53,321 nt of DNA from Chiloscyllium plagiosum (GCF_004010195.1 NC_057718.1:8269552-8322872), one strand, 5' to 3'. Counted from the stretch's first letter, positions 39,072 to 51,459 are shown. Translations and numbers: made by a program. The notes: a model not told the origin generated them from the sequence alone.

Positions 39072-39405
39072 GGCAGCATGGTGGCACAGTGGTTAGCTCT
39101 GCTGCCTCACAGCGCCAGGGAGTTGAGTTCAATTCTCACCTCAGACGACTGCCTGTGCGGAGTTTGCACATTCTCCCAGTGTCTGCATGGGTTTCCTCTG
39201 GGTGCTCCAGTTTCCTCCCACAATCTAAAGATATGCCGGTTGGGTGAATTGGCCATGTTAAATGGTCCCATAATGTTAGGTGCATTAGTCAGAGGTAATT
39301 GTAGGGTGGGGGAATGGGTCTGGGTGGGTTACTCTTCAGAGGATTGGTGTGGACCTGTTGGGCCAAATGGCCTGTTTCCATACTGTACGTAATCTAATTT
39401 AATCT
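39072..39405 (+). mobile_element. HE1 SINE
   Basis: Head, V-domain and tail. Confidence 0.92.
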
Positions 39406-39589
39406 TAACTGCTTGCAGAAGTTGGTGTGTGCAAATTGCATCTCATATGTGAAATCTTGGGAAAAGAACCAGATAATCTGTTTCAGGTGTTGGTTAGGGA
39501 TAAATATTGGACGTGCCTATTCTTCTGCAAGTGGCATAATAAGATCTTGGACAATCTGAAATGATCGGTTTCAAATTCAGTTGACAATC

Positions 39590-39840
39590 ACAATTTTTAA
39601 GGTGAAGTCAGGAGATTTTGAGGAGATTTGAAGAAAGGTTTTTTTTGACTCAGAGGCTGTGGGAATCTGAAACTCGCTGCCTGGGAGGACAGTAAAGGCA
39701 GGCAACCTCACAACCTTAAAAAGTATGTAAATGAACACTTTTGATATTTTAACATTCAAGGCTATGAACCATGTCCTGGAAAGTGAGATTAGGTCAGCTC
39801 AGACACAATGGGTCGAAATGCCTCTGCTATGATATGTTAC
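39590..39840 (+). mobile_element. CR1 3' end
   Basis: ttttttgactcagaggctgtgggaatctgaaactcgctgcctg plus 3' UTR motif tgggtcgaaatgcct. Confidence 0.65.
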
Positions 39841-42002
39841 TCAATGAGAATGACTACAAAATACAAATCAGCAAGGAACAATATAAAATCAGTACTTGTT
39901 ACTGAGACCTTACGAGTTACAATCTTAAAGGAAATGAGCAAGTGCCTACTCAGAAGTTCAGCACCATATCACAGTGAAGAGATTAAATGTGAAAGGCCAT
40001 CATCTTCCTTGCCAAGGAAAAAACATGGTAATGCGGAAATGACAGTAGAGGACACAGATATGAATTAAAAAGAAAGATGAGAATGCAAGGGTGCCATTCT
40101 TTCTTTCATTCCTTCTCAGTGAGATAAAAAGAACTTAATTACCTTGCTGGTTGGAAACTACCAAACTATTCAGAAAAATGGAGGTCACAAGAATCAATGG
40201 CTATTTTCTGGGCTAACTACTTATGCTCTTGATTGCCAGGCCACATCAGTGTGTGCAATCTACAGGATGCACTGCAGCGACTCACCAGTATGCGGTGCTG
40301 CTCTTGAGCTACAGGATTCATGGGTAAGCTATCACTACCCTGACTGAGGCAAATAGTACTGTTTCTTCATCACCGCTGAGACACAGTCTTAGAATTCTCG
40401 ACCTCGCCCAACCCAATGAAAGAGCACTACTGTTGCAAGGACTACAGTGGTCGGGGAGAAAGGCCTCTATTTCCTCAGGACACTGAGGGATTGGCAATTT
40501 TTAATGCAGCAGAGCCCACTTTCCAGGAACAATCACAGAGAAGAATGTTACATAAAGAAAAGGCATTTCATTATCAGCAATTAAATGATTATATTTTCTG
40601 GAGCATGGAGACACATTTAATCCCCAAGCTACAAACTTGATTGTGCTGCTGCAGTATGTAGCTAATTTATTTTTTGGAACTGTCTACCGGGTCAGTGTCC
40701 TCATAAGGCTGTATTGGTAGCATGGTCATTGGTTAAATGCAACTCGAGCTGCACCATGTTAGAACTTTAAGCATGTGGCTAAGAAAGTACCAGAAAGACA
40801 ACATAACTGGGAAGAGGCCCATCCCTTTCAGTTCAGATTGCTTGTCTATCCACCCTCTGTAAAAGGATTGTCCCACGTTCGCAATGCACTTTTATTAGCA
40901 GTTTCAGTGATCTCTTTGTCCACTGGCTTTTGCAGAAAAAGATTTGTCTGACCTCTCCACAGGATCCGTTAACAAAATAAAACTCAGTACAAATAGGTTT
41001 GTAGCCAACATCACTGTTCAACAGAGGTACAGAATTATCTTTGTTTTTCTTTATATGGTTGAATTCTTCTTTGATGGAGTGATGGAGACTAAAAATAAAA
41101 AAAACACTACATTTCTTGTGAAAATGCTCAATGACCCCTTTCACTGGTGATGGCTGCTGCTGCTTTACTCTACCTGGAAATTTAAGGCTTTTACCTGAAC
41201 TCAATCATTTATAGGAACAGTCAGCTATACGTGTATAGCAAGCAGCGAGGGTGGAAAAACTGTTAGCCACAACTGATGAATATCCTTGCTGATATTTCAC
41301 CACGTTGGGAATTCCTGGCCACAGGTTAATTTTGCAGAAAAAAGAAACAGTCGAGTTATAGAGAGGAAAATAAACAGGGTCTTTATTCATGGAAGCCAGA
41401 ATCAAATAAAGGTAAAGAGAGGTGCTAAGTTCTACATGTAAACCTCCTTTAAGAAGGGAGACAATTAAATGCTTTATGTTTTGAGTTATTGTGTTGTCAC
41501 ATCAAACAATTGTTAAACTGGTGGAGTTATAAGGTCACATTTTAATGCGGTGTTGGTGGACTAACACAAAGTAGCCTTACAGTCACACACACACACATAT
41601 CTGAAGACAGGGTGTTCCAAATATCAATCCTGACCCCAAGTGTGTTTGTAAAGACAGTGAATCGGGTGATGGGAAATAAAATCTTCCTCCTTTTATATAC
41701 CTTGGTAGTGGAAGTAACCAATTACAAAATAAACTGACAGTGTTGCCCACTTTGACTGCAGCACGTCTGATCAGATATACTGTTACATGTTTAAATACTC
41801 TCAAAGTGCCGGAGATGGAGGCAGGCATGGACGTACAGCCTGGAATTTTCGTCACAAAAGTTTCATATTTATATGCTGCACACTGTGTTGATCAATAACA
41901 CACAAACTTTAATAATTGTATACTGAATGTTAATTTTCTGTTTTATTGCTTTTCTTTATTTGCTCTTTGAATACTAAAATACAGTCATATCAGAGAAGAG
42001 TT

Positions 42003-42295
42003 GGCTGCACGGTGGTTCAGTGGTTAACACCGCTGCCTCACAGCGCCAGGGACCTGGGTTCGATTCCAAACTCTGGCAACAGTCTATTTGGAGTTTGCAC
42101 ATTCATCCCGTGTCTGCGTGTGTTTCCTCCCACAGTCCAAAGATGTGCAGGTCAGGTGAATTGGCCACGCTAAATTGCCCATAGTAGTGTTAGGTGCATT
42201 AGTCAGCGGGAAATGGGTCTGGGTAGGTTACTCTTCGGAGGGTCGGTGTGCACTTGTTGGGCCGAAGGGCCTGTTTCCACACTGTAGGGGTTCTA
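42003..42295 (+). mobile_element. HE1 SINE
   Basis: Head, V-domain with a small deletion, and tail. Confidence 0.92.
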
Positions 42296-42391
42296 ACAAA
42301 ATGACTCCAAGTGAAAAACAAACCCAAGCTTGTCCAATCTCTCCCTGTAGCTCATACCCTCCAAACCAGATGGCATCTTGGTAAACCATTT

Positions 42392-42682
42392 GGGGGCAAC
42401 ACTGTGGCTCAGTGGTTAGCATTGCTGCCTCACAGCACCAGGGTCCCAAGTTCGATTCCAGCCTCGGGCGACTGTGTGGAGTTTGCACGTTCTCCCTGTG
42501 TCTGTGTGGGTTTCCTCTCTCAGCTAGTCAGGTGAATTGGCCACGCTAAATTGTCCACAGTGTTCAGGGATGTGTAGGTCAGTTGCATCAGTCAGGGGTA
42601 ATGAGTCTGGGTGGGTTACTCTTCAGAAAGTCAGTGTGGACTTATTGGGCCAAAGGGCCTGTTTCCACACTGTAGGGATTCT
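42392..42682 (+). mobile_element. HE1 SINE (tandem neighbour)
   Basis: Head, V-domain with a different deletion, and tail. Confidence 0.9.
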
Positions 42683-43313
42683 AGCTCTGAAGCTGAACGT
42701 CCTAAATGCTACGAGCTCTTACTCTTTAAAATGAGCAAGTGTAAAGTATGTGGAAAATCATTAATGGTTAAAATAAGTTGTAGGATAACAGATTCTTGAC
42801 ATTGAATCACATGTCAAGTAAGGGATATTAACAGAGGACTATGTAGCAAATACTTGAGTGCAAACTACAGGTTTGCAATCAGGGGCATGCAATGAGAGAA
42901 TATTAATTGCGTAATTTGTTTTCACACTGGTTAGCTGAGATGTGAGAAGCAGCAGGGCTTTCTAACATGGGTTGGGAGACAGGATTGAGGGAGAAAGCAG
43001 TCAGACAATTATTGCATTTGGTGGAAGAGTCGTACAAGCTTTTGGCACAGAGGTCTAAGAGAGGAATGAAAATAACCACATTAGGAGGGGAACAGTATGG
43101 AGTCAGCACATTAAACGGCAAGAGCAAATGACATAGGAATGTGCAGTGCCTGAAGATCATGCTTTCCCCCCCAACTTCGAAATCAAATGTGAAGTTAACT
43201 CACTGTATCTTGCCAATCATCTAAATGTGCCTTTCTAATTCACTCCCCATTTTGCTGCTGCCATCAGTCCCAATCATATTCATCATATACCACACGCAAT
43301 CATTAAATATAAT

Positions 43314-43761
43314 GAAAGTTAGCCACCAGGATACATGAACACCAGCTAGCCACAAAAAGACACAACCCTCTCTCCCTCGTAGCCCTACACACGGATGAAA
43401 AAAAACACCATTTCGACTGGGACAACACATCTATCCTGGGACAGGCTAAAAGACATGCCAGAGAATTCCTAGAGCCCTGGCACTCCAACCACAACGTCAT
43501 AAACAAACACGTAGATCTAGATACCATCTATCAACCCCTCAGAAAACGAACAGGAAATGACATCACCACAAACCCCAGGAACCCCATCCAGGACAAACAT
43601 ATAAATAGAAAGCAGGAGACAACAGCTTCGCTTCACTTGGAGGTCGCCACTGATGATGTTACCTAGCCAGGTAATGAAACGTCTGGATATCAAACCTACA
43701 GCTCAGCGAGCAAACCTACACCCTAAACCTCAACCTGAGCTACAAACCTTCACAAATCTTG
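43314..43761 (+). mobile_element. 5'-truncated PLE (third family, Poseidon/Penelope-type) with GIY-YIG C-terminus, hammerhead and 13-bp TSD
   Basis: Open frame KLATRIHEHQLATKRHNPLSLVALHTDEKKHHFDWDNTSILGQAKRHAREFLEPWHSNHNVINKHVDLDTIYQPL. TSD cattaaatataat at 43301-43313 and 43762-43774. Confidence 0.88.
43647..43686 (+). ncRNA. Minimal type I hammerhead ribozyme motif
   Basis: CCA-CTGATGA-T-GTTACCT-AGCC-AGGTAAT-GAAA-CGTC-TGG: stem I CCA/TGG, 7-bp stem II, palindromic ACGT, predicted cleavage after GUC (43683). Confidence 0.8.
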
Positions 43762-43874
43762 CATTAAATATAATCTCCATACTTTGCCCTCCTGATCCAC
43801 GTTCAGCAAATTATTTGGACTTAGTCTACCAGAATCATAATTTCTGAAATCACGATTGTCCTTTTGGGAAGGAA

Positions 43875-44172
43875 GATTAGATTACTTACAGTGTGGAAAC
43901 AGGCCCTTCGGCCTAACAAGTCCACACTGACCCGCCAAAGCGCAACCCACCCAGACCCATTCCCCTACACCTAACACTACGGGCAATTTAGCAATTCACC
44001 TAACCTGCACATCTTTGGACTGTGGGAGGAAACCAGAGCACCCAGAGGAAACCCACGCAAACACGGGGAGAATGTCTGTGTGGAGTTTGCACAGTCGCCT
44101 GAGGCGGGAATTGAACCCGGGTCTCTGGCGCTGTGAGGCAGCAGTGCTAACCACTGTGCCACCGTGCCGCCC
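43875..44172 (-). mobile_element. HE1 SINE with internal micro-inversion, inserted in an older SINE (which continues at about 44180-44325, +)
   Basis: Full head and tail; 44076-44090 is inverted relative to other copies. Confidence 0.93.
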
Positions 44173-44336
44173 ACGGTGCCATAGTGAGGAAGCTGCCATC
44201 CTCACCTGGTCTAGCCTATACTTGACTGCAGAGCCACAACCACGTGGTCAACACTTAATTGTCTGCTGGGCAATAATTGCTGGCCTGGCCAGTGATGCTC
44301 ATTCGTCGTGAATGAATAAATAAAATAAAGATGACA

Positions 44337-44507
44337 GCGCAACCCACCCAGACCCATTCCCCTACACCTAACACTACGGGCAATTTAGCATGGCCAATTC
44401 ACCTAAACCTGCACATTTTTGGACTGTGGGAGAAAACCAGAGCACCCGGAGGAAACCCACGCAGACACGGGGAGAATGTGCAAACTCCGCACAAATAGTT
44501 GCCTGAT
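44337..44507 (-). mobile_element. HE1 internal fragment truncated at both ends
   Basis: V-domain region only; its first ~54 bp are identical to 43940-43993. Confidence 0.88.
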
Positions 44508-45584
44508 TTTCAACTTTGTCCACCCCAATCCAACATCGGCATCGCCACATCACTGTTACCAAGTCATTCAGTGTCTATTACAAGTCAACCACGTAGTGTA
44601 CACTAGAGTTTGAACAAGCATTGACAAAGCACTAGTTGGGTCTTGATAAAAGGTACAATAGAATCACACTCATTTCCCTATTCTTAATAACAGTCTGGCA
44701 TTACTGTCATATTCTTATGCTAACTCACAAATTACCTATTTTATTGTGTTCAATAACAATGGGCAATGATGGGATTTAATTTCTCAATTTCTGGATTGCG
44801 AATCCAGGGCCAAAAATCACATAATATCTGGAGCAATAGTTTGGTTTTGTGCTTAGTAGCACCACACAATAGAAGATTTAGATATCAAAGAGCAGTTGAG
44901 CGTTTTAAAAAAAGTCTTGAAAATTCCAATCGTTTGCCTGTCATGATCTTCTGACCATACAACAGTTCTATTTGGGACACCAATATTTACCAATTTTTTT
45001 TTTTGAGATTCTCAGATAGGCAAAATGTTTCCGGACATTTTCCATTTAACCAAATTGTTCAGCTTTGAAGTTTTAATGATTTTAGGGTTATTGTCTTATT
45101 TCACAATGTGAACTGTCACAATTGAACTTTCCTTTCGCACAAGATTGGATTCAAATGTTCAGATCCCTATATGGACCAGAAGGTCAATTCCAATAGACCA
45201 CAACTCTCAATATTACTCTGAACTCCTTACTATGTTACAGTATAGAATGTGTCAGACATTTGTGCTTCTTTCACATTATGAGAGACTTGTGCAGGGTCCA
45301 GGTGGATTAATACTCAGTGTTCTTGCAGCTCAGCAAAAGATATCTGCCTCCTGCTAGGTGCTCAAAAATTGCTTGTGCAGTAAAACACAAAGAAATACTC
45401 AGTAGCAGTCAGAAATTCATCTGCAAACATCTCATAAATAAGCTAAGTGCAGATTAGAAACAAACTCAATACTGCACTTTAATACTGTGGAATGACGCAT
45501 CATAATTAGGCACCTCACATCAGTGCTCAAGTAGAGACATAGCAACTTTTTAATGCTGAGTTTTGTTTTCCTAATGAACTGTAG

Positions 45585-47087
45585 GAAGACTGCAGGTTGG
45601 ATAACATGATGTCACTGTTTAAGAAAGGTAGCAAGGACAAGCCAGGGAACTATAGACCAGTGAGCCCGATGTCAGTGGTGAGCAAATTGTGGGAGGGAAT
45701 CCTGAGGGACAGGATGTACATGTATTTGGAAAGGCAAGGACTGATTAGGAATAGTCAACATGGCTTTGTGCATGGGAAATCATATCTCACAAACTTGAGT
45801 TTTTTGAAGAAGTAACAAAGAGGATTGATGACGGGAGAGCGGTAGACATGATCTCTATGGACTTCAGTAAGGTTCCCCACAGGAGACTGATTAGATCTCA
45901 TGGAATACAGGGAGAACTAGTCATTTGGATACAAAACTGGCTCAAAGGTAGAAGACAGAAGGTGGTGTTGGGGGGTTGTTTTTCAGATTGGAGGCTTGTG
46001 ACCAGTGTAGTGCCACAAGGATCGGTGCTGGGTCCTCTACTTTTCATCATTTATATAAATGATTTGGATGTGAGCAAAAGAGGTACAGTTAGTAAGTTTG
46101 TAGATGACACCAAAATTGGAGGTGAAAAGTGTGGTGCTGGAAAAACACAGCAGGCCAGGCAGCATCCGAGGAGCAGGAGAATCGACGTTTCGGGCATAAG
46201 GCCTTCTTCAAAATTGGAGGTGTAGTTGACATGAAGAAGGTTACCTCAGGTTACAACAGGATCTTGATCAGATGAGCCAATGGGCTGAGAAGTGGCAAAT
46301 GGAGTTTGATTTAGATAAATGCGAGATGCTGCATTTTGGGAAAGCAAATCTTAGCAGGACTTATACACTTAATGGTAAGGTCCTCGGGACCGTTGCTGAA
46401 CAAAGAGACCTTGGAGTGCAGGTTCATAGCTCCTTGAAAGTGGAGTCGCAGGTAGATAGGATAGTGAAGAAGGCATTTGGTATGCTTTCCTTTATTGGCC
46501 AGAACACTGAGTACAGAAGTTGGGAGGTCATGTTGCAGATGTACAGGACATTGGTTAGGCCATTGTTGGAATATTGCGTGCAATTCTGGTCTCCTTCCTA
46601 TCAGAAGGATGTTTTAAAACTTGAAAAGGTTCAGAAAAGATTTACAAGGATGTTGCCAGGGTTGGAGGATTTGAGCTATAGGGAGAGGTTGAATAGGTGG
46701 GGCTGAGGCTGAAGGGTGACCTTATAGAGGTTTATAAAATCATGAGGGGCATGGATAGAATAAAATAAACAAGGTCGTTTACTAGGGATGGCAGAGTCCA
46801 GAACTAGAGGGCATAGGTTTAGGGTGAGAGCAGAAAGACATAAAAGAGACCTAAGGGGCAACGTTTTCACGCAGAGGATAGTGCATGTTGGAATGGGCTA
46901 CCAGAGGTGGAGGCTAGTACAACTGCAACATTTAAAAGGCATTTGGATGGGTATGTGAATAGGAAGGGTTTGCAGGGATATGGGCCAAGTGATGCCTGGT
47001 GGGACTAGATTGGGTTGGGATGTCTGGTCAGCATGGACGAGTTGGACCTAAGGGTCTGTTTCCATGCTGTACATCTCTATGATTCTA
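45585..47087 (+). mobile_element. CR1 (HER1-like) LINE, 5'-truncated, frameshifted RT
   Basis: KKGSKDKPGNYRPVS, VPQGSVLGPLLFIIYINDLD, KFVDDTKIGG, RTLVRPLLEYCVQFWSP. The 3' end is tctctatgattcta. Confidence 0.95.
46125..46208 (-). mobile_element. 84-bp PLE terminal-repeat insertion with 14-bp perfect TSD
   Basis: caaaattggaggtg at 46111-46124 and 46209-46222. The minus strand begins in the hammerhead core (TGAAGA-AGGCCTTATGCCC-GAAA-CGTC). Confidence 0.92.
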
Positions 47088-47280
47088 AGCCTCTTTGCTC
47101 GTCTGTGCTGGACTTGGGAACAGGAAGAAGCACTTTCAAACCCACAAACACTACCATCTAGGAGAAAAAGGGCAGCAGGTTCATATGGACGCTACTACCT
47201 GCAAGTTGATTGGTCAATGTATTGTTGCCACAAGAATCGAGATAGTCAAAAGTGTTGTTTTGCATGCTATACAGGCAGAT

Positions 47281-47314
47281 GAGAGAGAGCGAGAGAGAGA
47301 GAGAGAGAGAGAGA
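47281..47314 (+). repeat. (GA)n microsatellite
   Basis: About 17 GA units with one interruption. Confidence 0.95.
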
Positions 47315-48080
47315 GTTGTTGTTTCTGAGCCCAATACAACTCTCCTTTAGAATCCTACTGGTTGAGCCAATGATGCCTGCATTATGGGAATAAACTTCTA
47401 CAACAACTCCTGCATTCACCACAGCTCAGATTTTAATGGGCTACAGGAGAAGAAACTTTGCTGTAGGAAAACAGAGTAGCATCCTTTCTGCCAATGCACA
47501 ACTGATATAAAGATGACAAACATGTTTTTTCCAGTACGGTGCTTTAAAAGATCAAAGACATTAACAAAAATAGACGAGCAGAACAAGCTGCAGATAAAAT
47601 CATCATTCCTGTCCCTCAATCACATATTTTGCAAGATTGTTTGAAGACCAATGTGAATCAAAGTGTCAGTGGGATTATGTAACGCCATTGGAGAGCTAAA
47701 GATCGGTATGCTGCTGCTTCTCTTCTCTCTCCCACAGAACCAAATAATGCATAAGGAAAGCCCATCAACTGATTCAATCAGGAAGACCCTGTAATTCCAT
47801 CTACCACAGCCTCTGTCTGCCAATTGGCACAAACTGTGGGAAATGTTAGGAAAGGTGCTACTTGAAACTTAAGCATTTTAGGTATTTATTTCCCTCAGGA
47901 CCGCTCTGGGACTTGAAGTGAGGAATGTTAACTTTAAAATGAGAAGTGATTTACATTTCTATCTAATCCAAAGACTGACTGCCCTCTGACACAAATGTAA
48001 CCAAAAACTATGTTTGGTCATGACATACTGTGTGAAGGAGATTGACTTGTCTAAGAATAAGGTTACAAATTGACACTTAC

Positions 48081-48175
48081 AGTCTCTAGCTGATCCATTA
48101 GTTTCACCAAGAACTTGTGGCATTCTGGCGTTTTGCTATCAATTTTCATTCCAGTCTGCATAGCATATAGACGAC
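48081..48175 (-). CDS. vta1: vta1 coding exon (equivalent to vertebrate exon 2), 95 nt
   Basis: Minus strand tttgtacag|GT CGT CTA TAT...CTA GAG ACT|gtaagt translates (C)RLYAMQTGMKIDSKTPECHKFLVKLMDQLET, nearly identical to vertebrate VTA1 as recalled. Canonical AG/GT sites. Confidence 0.96.
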
Positions 48176-48362
48176 CTGTACAAATAGAGAGAAGTTAAAC
48201 TTAAAATAAATGTGGGGAAAAGGACAACAAATTTGATTTCAGGTGCAGGTAATGTCTCAGGACAATAACCTTTCCCTATTACAAGGTGCAAACACACAGG
48301 ATTACCACCTTTGACTCTGTAGATAGACAGCAAGAAAATGCTTATAAGTACTTCAAGGCATC

Positions 48363-49324
48363 GTCATTTTTATAAATGATTTGGATGCGAACCTAGGAGG
48401 TATAGTTTGCAAGTTTGCAGATGACACCGAAATTGGAAGTGTAGTGGATAGTGAAGAAGGTTACCTCAGAACACAACGAGATCTTGACCAAATGGGCCAA
48501 TAGGCTGAGGAGTGGCAGATGGATTTAATTTAGTTAAATGTGAGGTGCTACACTTTGGAAAGGCAAATCAGAGTAGGTCTTGTACACTTAATGGTAAGGT
48601 CCTGGGGAGTGTTGCTGAATAAAGAGACCTTGGAGTACAGGTTCAGGTTCCTTGAAAGTGTAGTTGCAGGTAGATAGAATACTGTAGAAGCTGTTCGGAA
48701 TGCTTTCCTTTATTGGTCAGAGCACTGAATATAGGAGTTGGGAGGTCATGCTGTAGCTGTACAGGACATTGGTTAGGCCACTTTTGGAATACTACGTGCA
48801 ATGCTGGTCACCTTCCTACTGGATGTTATGAACCTTGAAAGGATTCAGAAAAGATTTGCAAGGATGTTGTCAGGTTGGAGGATTTGAGCTACAGGGAGAG
48901 GTTGAATAGGCTGGGGCTGTTTGCCCAGCATTGGAGACTGAGGGATGACCTTATAGAGGTTTATAAAGTCATTAGGGTCATGGATAGGGTAAACAGACAA
49001 GGTATTTTCCCTGGGATGGGTGGAGTCCAGGACTAGAAGGTATAGGTTTAGGGTGAGAGGGGAAAGATTTAAAAGGAACCTAAGGGGCAACTTTTTCAAA
49101 CAGAGGATGATGCATGTATGGAATGAGCTACCAGAGGAAGTGGTGGAGTTTGGTACAAATGCAGCATTTAAAAGACATCTGGATGGGTATATGAATAGGA
49201 AGGGGTTTAGAGGGATATGGGCCCAATGCTGGCAAATGGGACTAGATTAGGTTAGGAGATCTGGTCGGCATGGATGAGTTGAACTGAAGGATCTGTTTCC
49301 GTGCGGTACATCTCTATGACTCTA
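48363..49324 (+). mobile_element. CR1 (HER1-like) LINE, 5'-truncated
   Basis: KFADDTEIG and RGNFFKQRMMHVWNELPEEVVE. Colinear with 46045-47087 without the PLE insert; ends tctctatgactcta. Confidence 0.95.
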
Positions 49325-50299
49325 TCTGGAGAAACTGTAATTGGTTTTAAGACTGTTTGGAAATTGTAATGGCATCGACTGTAATTTTCTTGAATAATTA
49401 GAAATGCAATTCCATGTAACCTTTGGCCCTTGACATGGAAGTACTACCAAGAGGATATTAACATACAAAAGTCATGCGACCTGAAACAAAGAGGAGCTAG
49501 AGAAGAGGGGAGACCAAAGCAGACCATTTATAAACAGCTGTGTGCGTGAAAAAGAGACACAGTTAAACAGGACAGAGAGCTGAAGACCGTGTTATGGATT
49601 ATTTATTGCACAACTTTATTACTGTTGATATAGTTTAGTCAAACTGACCAGACCATTAATGGGTTTATTCGCGAAGTCAGATAAAGATGTCTCTGTGGAA
49701 TATATACCATCAGGTTATCGTGTAACTTGTTCTGTAAAAATGTGTAGTTTGGATGATAGTGGTCTCTTGGGACCTGGGATATAAACCAGCTGGTGGTTAA
49801 TATGAGTGGAGGTTTGAATCAATTGAGAGATTCTCCATTGTCAAGGTCAAACTGGAGAATTTTTGAACCACACATGGTGCCACATGTCAGTGGGAAGTAA
49901 TGCAGATGTTTGTATCAGACACACTGAATTGACTACCCCGAGTGAAATGTGTGTTTTTTTTTGAAGTATCATTCATCTGTTAATCCACGTCTAATATGCA
50001 TAAATTCTGATTCATATTGAAGTAGAAGTTGCAATAAGTGAAACCATATTGGCAATTTCTTCATTTGGGAGTTTTATTTTGGAAATTTGGCTGTTTTCAT
50101 TTATGGTTCCTCCACTGTGCCACAACTGCAATCGCCACAAGCCTTTGGTTATTTACAAAATCTTCCACATCTCAACAACTTGGATCGATTGATTATTTAC
50201 TCAATGATATGTTCAGATTTATGGTAACAACAGAGACTAATAATGTGCTTTCCAAGAACAATTGCACTACCAACCATACCATTAGCTGCATGGTCCCAT

Positions 50300-50715
50300 A
50301 AGTCTGGAATTCCCATCCTAAACATTTTTGTCCTCCTTTCTTCCTTTAAGACTCACCTGAAAACTTATCCTTCTGACAAAATTTCTATCGTAATATTTCC
50401 TTATATAGCTCGGTTACCAAAGTTCTCCTTGAGAATGCTGTTGCGAAGCACCTCGGGATACAGGTCGTTCTGCTTTAACGCCCATTCCGTTAACACGAAT
50501 TTGCTGTAACGCGATGGACAAGTTGGGGTCACGGTTTCTAAAGCGCAAACTTTTAAAACATGCTTTGGTTATAACATGATTACATCGCCAACATTTTAAG
50601 CACTTCCTAAAGTACGATTTTTCTATAACATGGTTGCACAATAATGCAATCACTGCATTATAGAAGAACTGACTGTATTTTACTGAATTAAAGGTGCCAC
50701 TTAAATCCAAGTTCC
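50300..50715 (+). mobile_element. L2-like LINE 3' end interrupted by a MITE
   Basis: tcctttaagactcacctgaaaacttatc and tail gaagcacctcgggaTA|TAttttactgaattaaaggtgcc..aaatccaagtt. Confidence 0.55.
50461..50675. mobile_element. Tc1/mariner-pogo-type MITE (second family), 215 bp
   Basis: Imperfect TIRs caggtcgttctgctttaacg / cattatagaagaactgactg, TA on both sides, internal (c)tataac repeats. Confidence 0.7.
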
Positions 50716-51459
50716 TATTTTTAACCATCGTGCTTGTGTGCAATGACAGAGGATCAAGGCAGAATGCCACTTACGCCATCGTCAGTTGTGCAGAGTTGGA
50801 ATCGTGCACATTTTACATTATAGCACCGCACCTGAATTGAAAGAGAAATTAGGGTGGAGCAACTGCAGAAACTATGCACCTGACCTTAATTAGCACAAAG
50901 AATCACCATGGATACTGTGTTACTGTATTGATTGGTCAAAAAGACACAAGTTATTATTCTAAACAACCTCAAGGTGATAATATTTAATTAAGCAGAGTAA
51001 ATGTCAAAGTACGTCCATGACAAGAAAATTGCTGCCGTTGTCCATTCTGAGAGGTGAATAAGGTGCACTTTAAAAACTAAATTGTGTTGACCTAAATAAT
51101 GCTAATGTTTCTTGTATCATAATACAAGTTGCCTGACTAACTCATTTGTATGCTGGGATTGCAATTTTTGAACAAATACGGTGCCTCGTCTGTAGATATC
51201 AGTGTTAAAAAAGTTTGATAACTTTTAGTTCCTGTCACAATTTCTTTCTTATCTGTATAGCAACTGATAAGAAAAGCAGAAAAAACAAGTTGAATGTATC
51301 ACCCACAACATGTTAGGAATATTCTGTCAATCAATCCTAGACCCAACAGCTCAGCCAGATTCCAGTATTGCCTGGCAGCTTAGGTGCTGACTCACCTCAA
51401 AACTTGCCCTTTAACTTCACACATTGAAGATTGAGGAATGCTGAAGACCAGAAATACAG

